Shown one piece after another: positions 1 to 7,982 of a stretch of 52,456 nt of DNA. The translations under genes and the position numbers were made by a program. This DNA is from Lysobacterales bacterium (GTDB taxonomy: Bacteria; Pseudomonadota; Gammaproteobacteria; Xanthomonadales; Marinicellaceae). Location: positions 1-52,456 of the forward strand of contig JAGRJP010000018.1 of assembly GCA_020442665.1 (NCBI GenBank), in the 5' to 3' direction. Position 1 is the first letter of the stretch. The number at the start of each line of letters is the position of its first letter. Under the pieces are notes generated by a model that was given only the letters and a program-made list of their open reading frames with translations, did no database searches and was not told the origin of the DNA.

Positions 1-461
1 AAGAGAGGAATTTCAGATGCGAATTTATTATAAATCGCATTCATATCCTGAATAAGCACCTGCTTATCAAGAATCTTATCAACATTGCTCTGTATTGTGA
101 ACCAGGAATTATTAAGAGTATTTAAACTATCATTCGCTGCAACCGGAACTCGAGGATATCTATTGTCTTTATCACCATCATTTAATGAGTTGATTTTGGT
201 AGCAATCGAATCTCGTTTAATTTTCAAATCATCAAATGAAGCCTGATCGCCGGAAGCTGCTAATACCGCATGCTGAGCCAACTGTTGGGCCTTAATTTGA
301 ATATCATCGGTCGCCCTAGTATGTTCAATTCGGTTTGAATTTATATTGTCCAACATTATCGAATTGACAATAAACCCAACAATCAATAACAGTAAGATTA
401 CAACTTGCCAAGCCGGCAGGGTTCGGGTATGTCTGCCTAAATCATTAGAGGTTACACTCAT
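1..461 (-). CDS. pilJ: Type IV pilus chemosensory methyl-accepting protein PilJ, N-terminal part only (gene runs off the left edge)
   Basis: Absent from the ORF track because no stop lies in the window. My own minus-strand translation from ATG 461..459 gives MSVTSNDLGRHTRTLPAWQVVILLLLIVGFIVNSIMLDN..., a short cytoplasmic N-terminus, one TM helix, then a helical periplasmic region. An AAGAGAG SD-like run lies about 8 nt upstream. It sits directly downstream of pilG-pilI, as in the Pseudomonas pilGHIJ cluster. Confidence 0.7.
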   Translation of the reverse strand, partial: MSVTSNDLGRHTRTLPAWQVVILLLLIVGFIVNSIMLDNINSNRIEHTRATDDIQIKAQQLAQHAVLAASGDQASFDDLKIKRDSIATKINSLNDGDKDNRYPRVPVAANDSLNTLNNSWFTIQSNVDKILDKQVLIQDMNAIYNKFASEIPL

Positions 462-501
462 AATTTTACTCTCTTTACTTTCTTTTAACTCTCTCTATTA
501 T

Positions 502-1041
502 TTATATCGCCGAAGCATTCTGAAACGATGGGTCATTGATTAGCTTCTCAACATCTAATATATTCCAAACTTCCTCTTCTTCCATAAATGCATTCTCAAC
601 ATAATTATATGCTGAATCATTATCATTCGGCACTTCGCACTTTTGCTCAGCGGAAAAGTGTTTTTGACCAAAAACCTCATCCACCACCAAACCAACTTGA
701 CCACCAATCTGATTAATAACAACCATTCTCGTGTGAGCTGTGGTTTTGGTAGGTCTATTGAAAAGATAAGATTTCATGTCTATAACAGGAATCAAATTCC
801 CCCTGATGTTTCCTAATCCTAGCACCCAAGATGAAATTCCCGGAATTTTGGTCGTTTCCGTCAGAATAATAACCTCGACAATTTGATCAATCGCCAATGC
901 ATAATTGAATTCATCAATTTTAAATCCTACACCTGACCAGGCGCTTTTGTCCTGAGTCTGTTCGGATCTCACTTTATGCTTCAAACTCAGTTGTTCGTAC
1001 TGGACTAACAATTCAAATGGTTTAATACTGCTTTTTGCCAT
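502..1041 (-). CDS. pilI: CheW-like coupling protein of the pilus chemosensory system (PilI)
   Basis: 179-aa ORF with the CheW-domain pattern (...WVLGLGNIRGNLIPVIDMK...VVDEV...). It starts 1 nt after the pilG stop and lies just upstream of pilJ. Confidence 0.75.
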   Translation of the reverse strand: MAKSSIKPFELLVQYEQLSLKHKVRSEQTQDKSAWSGVGFKIDEFNYALAIDQIVEVIILTETTKIPGISSWVLGLGNIRGNLIPVIDMKSYLFNRPTKTTAHTRMVVINQIGGQVGLVVDEVFGQKHFSAEQKCEVPNDNDSAYNYVENAFMEEEEVWNILDVEKLINDPSFQNASAI

Positions 1042-1042
1042 T

Positions 1043-1444
1043 TTACCTTACCGTCACGTGTTGTTGTATTGCTCCCAGCAACTCCTCTTTGGTAAATGGT
1101 TTGGTTAAATAAAGTTCTGCACCTACCACTTTACCTTTTGCTTTATCAAACAATCCATCTTTAGATGAAAGCATTATTATTGGAGTTGACTTGAATTGCT
1201 GATTCATTTTGATGAGTGCACATGTCTTGTATCCGTCCAAACGCGGCATCATGATATCAACAAAAATCACATCGGGATGCAAGTCTGATATCAAAGACAA
1301 GGCTTCATAGCCGTTTTCGACCGTTACGACATCACAGCCTGCCTTTTTTAGAAGAGTTTCTGCAGTTCTGCGAATGGTTTTTGAGTCATCAATCACCATT
1401 ACTTTTAAACCGGAAAACTCCATCTCAGTATTGTTCTCGCTCAC
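1043..1444 (-). CDS. pilG: Single-domain CheY-like response regulator PilG
   Basis: 133 aa. The string LKVMVIDDSKTIRRTAETLLKKAGCDV...FVDIMMPRLDGYKTCALIK...STPIIMLSSKDGLFDKAKG...YLTKPFTKEELLGAI is nearly colinear with P. aeruginosa PilG as I remember it. It is divergent from gshB, as in Pseudomonas. Confidence 0.88.
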   Translation of the reverse strand: MSENNTEMEFSGLKVMVIDDSKTIRRTAETLLKKAGCDVVTVENGYEALSLISDLHPDVIFVDIMMPRLDGYKTCALIKMNQQFKSTPIIMLSSKDGLFDKAKGKVVGAELYLTKPFTKEELLGAIQQHVTVR

Positions 1445-1784
1445 TTATATACCTATGTTTACTGTTTATTTCTATAGAATTTGTAATTATTTTCAATTAG
1501 ACGAAGATATAGATTATCTTTTTCATAAACTCCCAATTCTGACAAGGATACTGCAAATATGCCCCTTTTTCACTATTTATTGTCAAAAACTTATTATATT
1601 TAATATCAACTAATCTATCTAACCTAGTATTTTTTAAGAAAATAACTCATTTTAGCCACCAATACAAACGATAAGATAAAAAAATATTGTATTTTTTGAT
1701 TTCACAAAAAAATCTACATTTATGTGCGATAAAATTAGGACTCGAGTATAATTCCAAGCGGGCATAATTATTATCTGAGAAGCT

Positions 1785-2726
1785 ATGAAAATCAGTATTT
1801 TGATGGATGACATCAATGGCATCAACACAAAGAAAGACTCCACATTTGCAATGATGCTGGAAGCACAACGCCGAGATTATGAAATCTACTATTTCACACA
1901 GAATGATACTTATATCAGCAAGAATACCCCTTTTGCCCAATCTAAAATAATAAAACTAACAGACAGTAAAACCAATTACTACGAAGTATTGGAAGAAAAA
2001 ACTGTCGATTTAACGACAATGAATGTCATCTTGATGAGAAAAGATCCTCCGTTTAATATGGAATACATCATGGACACTTATTTCATAGAACTGGCTCAGC
2101 GAAAAGGGGTTTTGATTGTCAACAATCCTCAGGCTTTGCGAGATGCCAATGAAAAATTCTTCGTCGAAGCCTTTCCGCAACTCAGTCCCGAATGCACCAT
2201 TTCACGCAATCCGAAACATATTGTTGAGTTTACCAAGAAACATGAAAAAGTGATTATCAAACCGATGGATGGCATGGGTGGAGCATCAATCTTTCAGACA
2301 GGGAAAAACGATAAAAACCTCAACGTCATTGCTGAAACAGTCACAGATAACGGCAAAAGAACCACAATGGCTCAGGTTTTTATTCCTGAAATCAGCGAAG
2401 GTGACAAACGGATTCTTTTAATTGACGGAGAGCCTGTTCCCTATGCATTGGCTCGAATTCCTTCAGAAAATGATTTTCGCGGCAATCTGGCAAAAGGTGG
2501 AACCGGTGCGGGTAGAAAGCTGACTGAAAGCGATTATAGAATTTGCTCCGTTGTTGGTCCCAAACTCAAAGAAATGGGCATAATTTTTGCCGGTATTGAT
2601 GTGATTGGCGAATATTTAACCGAAGTGAACGTCACCAGTCCGACTTGCATCAGAGAATTGGATTCATTATTTGATTTGAATATTGCCGGCACACTTTTTG
2701 ATAAGATAGAAGCTATCATCAACTAA
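1785..2726 (+). CDS. gshB: Glutathione synthetase
   Basis: 313 aa with prokaryotic GshB N-domain and ATP-grasp motifs (MRKDPPF, KPMDGMGGASIF, GDKRILLIDGEP, RGNLAKGG, GIDVIG..LTEVNVTSPT). Confidence 0.92.
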   Translation: MKISILMDDINGINTKKDSTFAMMLEAQRRDYEIYYFTQNDTYISKNTPFAQSKIIKLTDSKTNYYEVLEEKTVDLTTMNVILMRKDPPFNMEYIMDTYFIELAQRKGVLIVNNPQALRDANEKFFVEAFPQLSPECTISRNPKHIVEFTKKHEKVIIKPMDGMGGASIFQTGKNDKNLNVIAETVTDNGKRTTMAQVFIPEISEGDKRILLIDGEPVPYALARIPSENDFRGNLAKGGTGAGRKLTESDYRICSVVGPKLKEMGIIFAGIDVIGEYLTEVNVTSPTCIRELDSLFDLNIAGTLFDKIEAIIN

Positions 2727-2740
2727 TACTCACCAGTCTT

Positions 2741-3598
2741 GTGAATAAAACCATTTCCACCACCGACAGAAACATATTGACATTCACATTAAGTGCTTTG
2801 TTAATCAGTTCTTTGGTTCTGGGAATTGTATTCACAACCGAAGACCCGACTGACACCAATCAACTTCCAAGCATTGATGTCATATTATCGAAAAACAAAA
2901 CCGAAGAGAGCCCTGATAAAGCTGATTTTCTGGCGATGAACAACAACCAAGGCGGTGGAGAATCTGACAAACCGGTCAGACCTCAAAACAAACAGGTTGG
3001 AATTGCAGCCGACAATCAAGGTCAACATTTGCAGGAGCAAGTCGAAAATATCCCTGATTCTCAGGAAAGCAAAACCACCGCATTATTGACAGCAAATCAA
3101 TCCGATATCAAAGTAGAAACTGCACCCAAAAAACCGGAAATCGAAGATGTCAGAAAAAACAACAATCAACAACTGACCAGAGAACAAAAACTGGCAAAAC
3201 TTGAAAACAATATCTCTGACAGGATTGAAGCCTATTCCAAAAGACCCAAAATAAAGTATATATCCGCAAATACAAAATCATTTGAATTTGCCGACTACAT
3301 ACATCGTTGGGTGAAGAAAATAGAAAGAGTCAGCAATATGAATTATCCTGAAGAAGCCCGTCAAAGAAACTTTGTCGGTACTTTAATCATGTCTGTTGGA
3401 ATCAATTCCGAAGGAACAATAAAGGAAATCAAAATCATTGAATCCTCAGGTTTTAAAGCAATTGACGATGCCGCTGAGCATTTGGTGCAGCTTGCAGGAC
3501 CTTTTGAAGCCATTCCACAAATTCAAAGTAAGGTCGATATTCTTTACATCACCCGAACATGGCAATTTCTCCCGGGCAATAAACTCAGGCAAAATTAA
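2741..3598 (+). CDS. TonB-family energy transducer (TonB3-like position)
   Basis: 285 aa with a GTG start. It has an N-terminal TM helix, a long polar linker and a C-terminal TonB_C-like domain (YPEEARQRNFVGTLIMSVGINSEGTIKEIKIIESSG...). Its position between gshB and yqgE matches tonB3 of P. aeruginosa. Confidence 0.65.
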   Translation: MNKTISTTDRNILTFTLSALLISSLVLGIVFTTEDPTDTNQLPSIDVILSKNKTEESPDKADFLAMNNNQGGGESDKPVRPQNKQVGIAADNQGQHLQEQVENIPDSQESKTTALLTANQSDIKVETAPKKPEIEDVRKNNNQQLTREQKLAKLENNISDRIEAYSKRPKIKYISANTKSFEFADYIHRWVKKIERVSNMNYPEEARQRNFVGTLIMSVGINSEGTIKEIKIIESSGFKAIDDAAEHLVQLAGPFEAIPQIQSKVDILYITRTWQFLPGNKLRQN

Positions 3599-4143
3599 TG
3601 GACTTCAACCAACAAATGTTAATTGCCTTGCCGGATATGCAGGATGAACGCTTTAAACAAGCCGTTATTGTCATCTGCGAAGACAATATCAATGGCACTC
3701 TCGGGCTGGTGATTAATCATCCATTGAACTTAAATACCCAACAAATATTTTCCGAACTCGGTTTGAATGAACCAAACAGCAATCATTTAACCTCAGAAGG
3801 AGGTCCTGTTAACGTCAACAACGGATTTATCTTGCATAACAGCAATGATAAATTTAAAAGCTCATTGTCAATCACCGATCAATTGACTATGACGACTTCC
3901 AACGATTTACTGGAAGAGATTGCCAATAATAATTTTCATCATAAGTGGCAATTCGTATTGGGTTGTTCGGCTTGGGACAAAGGACAATTGCTTTCAGAAA
4001 TTCAACAAAATGCCTGGCTTACTTGTCCAATTAACCTACCACTAATTTTTGACACCCCTCACGAACAACAATGGGAAAAAGCTTTGTCATTGATTGGAAT
4101 TAAAGACTTTACACACCTGACAAGCGGAATTGGTCATGCTTAA
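3598..4143 (+). CDS. yqgE: YqgE/AlgH family protein (UPF0301)
   Basis: 181 aa with typical family motifs (LIALPDMQDERFKQAVIVICEDN..GTLGLVINHP, GGPV, W.F.LGCSAW..GQL..E). The ATG overlaps the upstream stop. Confidence 0.82.
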   Translation: MDFNQQMLIALPDMQDERFKQAVIVICEDNINGTLGLVINHPLNLNTQQIFSELGLNEPNSNHLTSEGGPVNVNNGFILHNSNDKFKSSLSITDQLTMTTSNDLLEEIANNNFHHKWQFVLGCSAWDKGQLLSEIQQNAWLTCPINLPLIFDTPHEQQWEKALSLIGIKDFTHLTSGIGHA

Positions 4144-4558
4144 CCTAACATTTATTGGAATTGATTTCGGTCTGGCGAACACCGGAGTTGCAGTCGGTCA
4201 AACGATTACATCAACGGCATCGGCTTTAAAGACCATACATAATCAAGGCAAGTTCAATTGGGAAGAACTCGACAAAATCATTCAACAATGGCAACCAAAT
4301 GCCATTGTTATCGGCAATCCGTTAACAGAAAGCGGTGAGGAACAGGAAACCACAAGACAAGTTGCCAATTTTGCCAAAAAAGTAACCAGTCGCTATCAGT
4401 TACCGGTTCATTTAGTTGATGAAAGGTTTAGTTCAATGCTGGCTCAAAAAGAATTTGCCGAAGCTCGAAAATCGGGCAATGCCAAAAGAAAACATGCGGA
4501 AAATCTGGATTCTCACGCTGCCAAAATCATATTACAAAGATGGTTAGATTCATTATGA
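4130..4558 (+). CDS. ruvX: Holliday-junction-resolvase-like pre-16S rRNA nuclease RuvX (YqgF)
   Basis: 142 aa with the family pattern (IGIDFG...TGVAVGQ, VIGNPL...G, VDERFSS..A). It follows yqgE in the conserved order. Confidence 0.85.
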   Translation: MVMLNLTFIGIDFGLANTGVAVGQTITSTASALKTIHNQGKFNWEELDKIIQQWQPNAIVIGNPLTESGEEQETTRQVANFAKKVTSRYQLPVHLVDERFSSMLAQKEFAEARKSGNAKRKHAENLDSHAAKIILQRWLDSL

Positions 4559-5463
4559 AAAACTTAATTGACATCAAACAACTCAGTAAAAATCAAATTC
4601 TTGATATTTTTCAAACAGCTGATGAAATCAGCAAAAATTCCAAGAAAAAGAATCGCCAGCTTCTGAAAGGCAAAATTGTTGCCAATCTCTTCTTTGAAAA
4701 CAGCACCCGAACTTTAATTTCATTTGAGCTAGCAGCCAAAAAACTGGGAGCTCATGTCATTAATGTCAACATCGACACCAGCTCCACCAGTAAAGGTGAA
4801 ACTCTCAGAGACACTATCAAAACTCTGGAAGCCATGGACATTGACGCTTTTATCGTCAGACACAGCGAAAATAAAATCTGCGATGAAATTCAATCCTGGC
4901 TGAAACCAAAAACGGTACTTATCAATGCCGGTGATGGCAACAATCAGCATCCGACACAAGCATTGCTGGATGTTTATACCATGCTGAAATACAAAAGTGA
5001 TTTATCAGAACAAAAAATCACTATCATTGGCGACATTAAACATTCCAGAGTTGCTAATTCATTGATTGATTGCCTCAATATCATTGGTAATACCAACACG
5101 AACATTTTCGGACCGGAACAACTTCTCCCTGAGCTTTTGCAGAATGTAACGGTTTGCAACTCAATCGAACAGGCTTTGGACAATGCTGACATTATTGTTA
5201 TGCTGAGAATTCAAAAAGAACGCATGAAACTGCAAAATATTCCGAATTTAGAAGAATATCACAACAATTTCGGATTGAATCGTAAGAACTTATCACACGC
5301 CAATCAAGGATGTATTGTCATGCATCCCGGACCCATCAATCGAGATGTGGAAATCAGTTCGGAAATTGCTTATAACTCGCCATCTGTGATTTTAGAACAG
5401 GTGAAAAATGGCGTGACCATTCGCATGGCAGTTTTAGCAAAGCTACTTTCCAAAAAGTTCTGA
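4555..5463 (+). CDS. pyrB: Aspartate carbamoyltransferase catalytic subunit
   Basis: Motifs seen: NLFFENSTRT, STSKGET..DT, VRH, HPTQALLD, HPGPINR. I moved the start to ATG 4555, which forms an ATGA overlap with the ruvX stop, rather than the longer track ORF starting at 4540. Confidence 0.9.
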   Translation: MKNLIDIKQLSKNQILDIFQTADEISKNSKKKNRQLLKGKIVANLFFENSTRTLISFELAAKKLGAHVINVNIDTSSTSKGETLRDTIKTLEAMDIDAFIVRHSENKICDEIQSWLKPKTVLINAGDGNNQHPTQALLDVYTMLKYKSDLSEQKITIIGDIKHSRVANSLIDCLNIIGNTNTNIFGPEQLLPELLQNVTVCNSIEQALDNADIIVMLRIQKERMKLQNIPNLEEYHNNFGLNRKNLSHANQGCIVMHPGPINRDVEISSEIAYNSPSVILEQVKNGVTIRMAVLAKLLSKKF

Positions 5464-6207
5464 GCGTTTTTTATAAGTCACAAGTAAAACATACATTCCT
5501 ATTGCTGCGACAATGTGTTTTAAGGAATGTCCGCTGATAGTTCCGGCTGTTAATTCAAAAATCGGAACATCAAATGATTCCAGCAACTTGGCAGCGACAT
5601 AAAAAAGCAGTAAAAACCAATAACCGGAAACTTTGTCAAATTTAGACTGAAAACAAATCATCATAACCGGAATCAATAAAATTGGTAAAAATTGCACCAA
5701 AGCATAGAATCTTAAATCCCCGGCTCCTTGAGATTCGCTGTATTGCCAATAAAATACTGAAAGCATGCCAATAATGATGAGCGGAAATAACAACACCGAT
5801 GCTCTGCGAGCATTGACAAATTCCGCAATGATAATCGCAAAAAGCGACATAAATGCAATGGTCATCGGCAAACGATCCCAAACCAAAGTTTCATTGCTTG
5901 GCAGCCAATGATAATAACCCGATCCAAAAGCAACTAAGGCCAACCCAAAGAATAATAACCAATACGCCAAATCCATCTCTGCGATTGTTTTAAAAGATTT
6001 AAATTGCATCAATCCTAAAAAACCAACAATTAAAAACGGCAAATTCGACATGACATTCCAGAAATTAGGAACTGAAAGCATCGCCCTGTTATCTATAAAT
6101 TTGTGATAAGCCAAATCCTGAGCAATTGGTTTCACAAAAAATACAGATACCACAACGGACAAGCTGATGATTCCAATCAACCAATTTCCTATCTTTTGTT
6201 TATTCAT
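5443..6207 (-). CDS. Polytopic inner-membrane protein, possibly ceramidase-like family
   Basis: 254 aa with about 7 predicted TM helices. The YHW...WDRLPM segment resembles bacterial ceramidase-like membrane proteins. Its start overlaps the upstream PLP-enzyme stop by 4 nt. Its 3' end overlaps the pyrB 3' end convergently by 21 nt. Confidence 0.4.
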   Translation of the reverse strand: MNKQKIGNWLIGIISLSVVVSVFFVKPIAQDLAYHKFIDNRAMLSVPNFWNVMSNLPFLIVGFLGLMQFKSFKTIAEMDLAYWLLFFGLALVAFGSGYYHWLPSNETLVWDRLPMTIAFMSLFAIIIAEFVNARRASVLLFPLIIIGMLSVFYWQYSESQGAGDLRFYALVQFLPILLIPVMMICFQSKFDKVSGYWFLLLFYVAAKLLESFDVPIFELTAGTISGHSLKHIVAAIGMYVLLVTYKKRSELFGK

Positions 6208-7325
6208 AGAAACGCTCTCCCCTTTTTGATAAATTCACTAAACTTTTTGCTTCCAAAACCAATTCTTACAGCGTTGATATTGGTACTGAAAAGCGAGGAT
6301 GGATAAATCAAATACCCATACTTTTTAGCAACTATCTTGCAAAACTTTTCAGCATCCGCATTGATTAGTTCAGCAAATAACGAACAACCTGATTGTGGAA
6401 TCTCTACTTTTATTTGAAATCCAAACAGCTTGTCCTCACTCCTTATCAACTCTTTGTTTTTACAGATTATTTGTAAATTACGTTGTAATATTTGATTTGG
6501 TATCTTCAGAATTGCAGTTGCCAATTTTTCATCAATTTGAGAATTACAAACTGATAAATACTCTTTCACATTCAGCACTTTACTTCGTAACTCTGCATCT
6601 TTACAAACCAGCCAGCCAATGCGAACTCCCGGAATTGCAAAGGCTTTAGAAATCACTCCAATACTAATACCTTTTTCATAAACATCAGCTACAGCCGGTA
6701 ACTTTAAACTTTCATCATGTTCCAAACCTCTGAAAACTTCATCCGACAGCAACCAGACATCGTATTTTCGACATAAATTGATGATCTCTTCAAACTCTTT
6801 GTCGCTCAAATGAGCTCCTGTTGGATTGTGCGGAAAATTGATGATAAAAACTTTACAACCAGAATTAAATTCTTCTTCAACTTTTTGTAAATCCAGTTTC
6901 CATTGATGCTTGCTCTGCAATTCAATTGTACGAACATTGCAACCGATATTTTGTGGAATGCGAATCAAGGGTTCAAACGCAGGAGTGACCACCAAAACAT
7001 CATCATTTTTTTCCAGCAATGCATTAAACACACAATATAAAGCCTCCTGAGCACCGGCATGAGCAATCACATCACATGGTTGAGTGTTTTGGTATAAATT
7101 CTCAGCAATCGCTTGTCGCAACTCAACTGAACCCTCATCAGCAGCAAAACCCAAACTGACATCTTCCAGAATCTCAGCAAACGAATTACCGATAATTGAC
7201 TCCATTTCAGTTTTGGCAAATGGCTCAGGATTGGTCGAATGCATGGATGTCAGATTCATCCCACGAAATTGTTCGGAGAATTGCGTCATTGATAATCGAG
7301 TGAATCTATTTTGGAGCATACTCAT
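6204..7325 (-). CDS. Class I/II aminotransferase-fold PLP-dependent enzyme (candidate C-S lyase)
   Basis: 373 aa with fold-type-I motifs: FIINFPHNPTG, DEVF, and the Schiff-base lysine context ISKAFAIPGVRIGW. Its start overlaps the stop of the upstream small membrane-protein gene. Confidence 0.8.
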   Translation of the reverse strand: MSMLQNRFTRLSMTQFSEQFRGMNLTSMHSTNPEPFAKTEMESIIGNSFAEILEDVSLGFAADEGSVELRQAIAENLYQNTQPCDVIAHAGAQEALYCVFNALLEKNDDVLVVTPAFEPLIRIPQNIGCNVRTIELQSKHQWKLDLQKVEEEFNSGCKVFIINFPHNPTGAHLSDKEFEEIINLCRKYDVWLLSDEVFRGLEHDESLKLPAVADVYEKGISIGVISKAFAIPGVRIGWLVCKDAELRSKVLNVKEYLSVCNSQIDEKLATAILKIPNQILQRNLQIICKNKELIRSEDKLFGFQIKVEIPQSGCSLFAELINADAEKFCKIVAKKYGYLIYPSSLFSTNINAVRIGFGSKKFSEFIKKGRAFL

Positions 7326-7846
7326 TATTTCTTCAACAATCGCTCTTTGATGAATGATTCGCAGTTATCGGGGAGTTGATTTTTTGGCAAAATCACAGCT
7401 CGCAATGAACCAATAAATAGATAACAGTGTTTTTCATCATATTCAATGCCAATGAAACATTTCCACTTGTAATGAAATTCACATGAATCATTTTTTTCAC
7501 AAAGACCCTCTTCATCAAGTTCAATTTCCCAAAAGCCCAATGAAATCTGATCGTAAAGTGATTGGTTATTGTAATAAATCTTCATATACAGCTTATACCA
7601 AATCCAGTATGTAAGAGCCGTCAATGCCATGAATAAGATAGCAATATTAAGCTCTTTGAAAGTTGAACAACAATTTTCATCATAAAAGCTGTAAATCGAA
7701 TAAAGTGACAGAATCCCAAACACCCAAACCATGTTTCCTAACCAAGCAACCTTGGTATTAGTCTCTGTTTTAACTTTAAACTTATTAGTCACATAGTTAC
7801 TATACGAATCAATGTTATCTTTCGAAATTTCAATTTTAAATTTCAT
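7325..7846 (-). CDS. Small two-TM membrane protein, YcxB-like
   Basis: 173 aa with two N-terminal TM helices followed by a soluble C-terminal domain ending ...AVILPKNQLP, a pattern reminiscent of the YcxB family. Assigned from general layout only. Confidence 0.4.
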   Translation of the reverse strand: MKFKIEISKDNIDSYSNYVTNKFKVKTETNTKVAWLGNMVWVFGILSLYSIYSFYDENCCSTFKELNIAILFMALTALTYWIWYKLYMKIYYNNQSLYDQISLGFWEIELDEEGLCEKNDSCEFHYKWKCFIGIEYDEKHCYLFIGSLRAVILPKNQLPDNCESFIKERLLKK

Positions 7847-7982
7847 TATATTTCAACCTTTGTGCTTTATATTTTGCTTTAGGACAAGGCATTTTTAGCG
7901 CAGAATGTGAGCATATATCAAATATGTGACCATTCGAGCACAAAAATAACGCAGTAATTAAGCAAAAGATATCTGCTCAAAG

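Noticed and set aside
346-543. 65-aa plus-strand ORF
   Set aside because: It overlaps the pilJ start and the pilI end on the opposite strand, has low-complexity hydrophobic content, and has no SD.
5443-5463. 21-nt convergent overlap of the pyrB and membrane-protein 3' ends as a regulatory antisense arrangement
   Set aside because: Short convergent overlaps are common in compact genomes. No hairpin or other signal is evident, and the exact end of each ORF is fixed by its stop codon.
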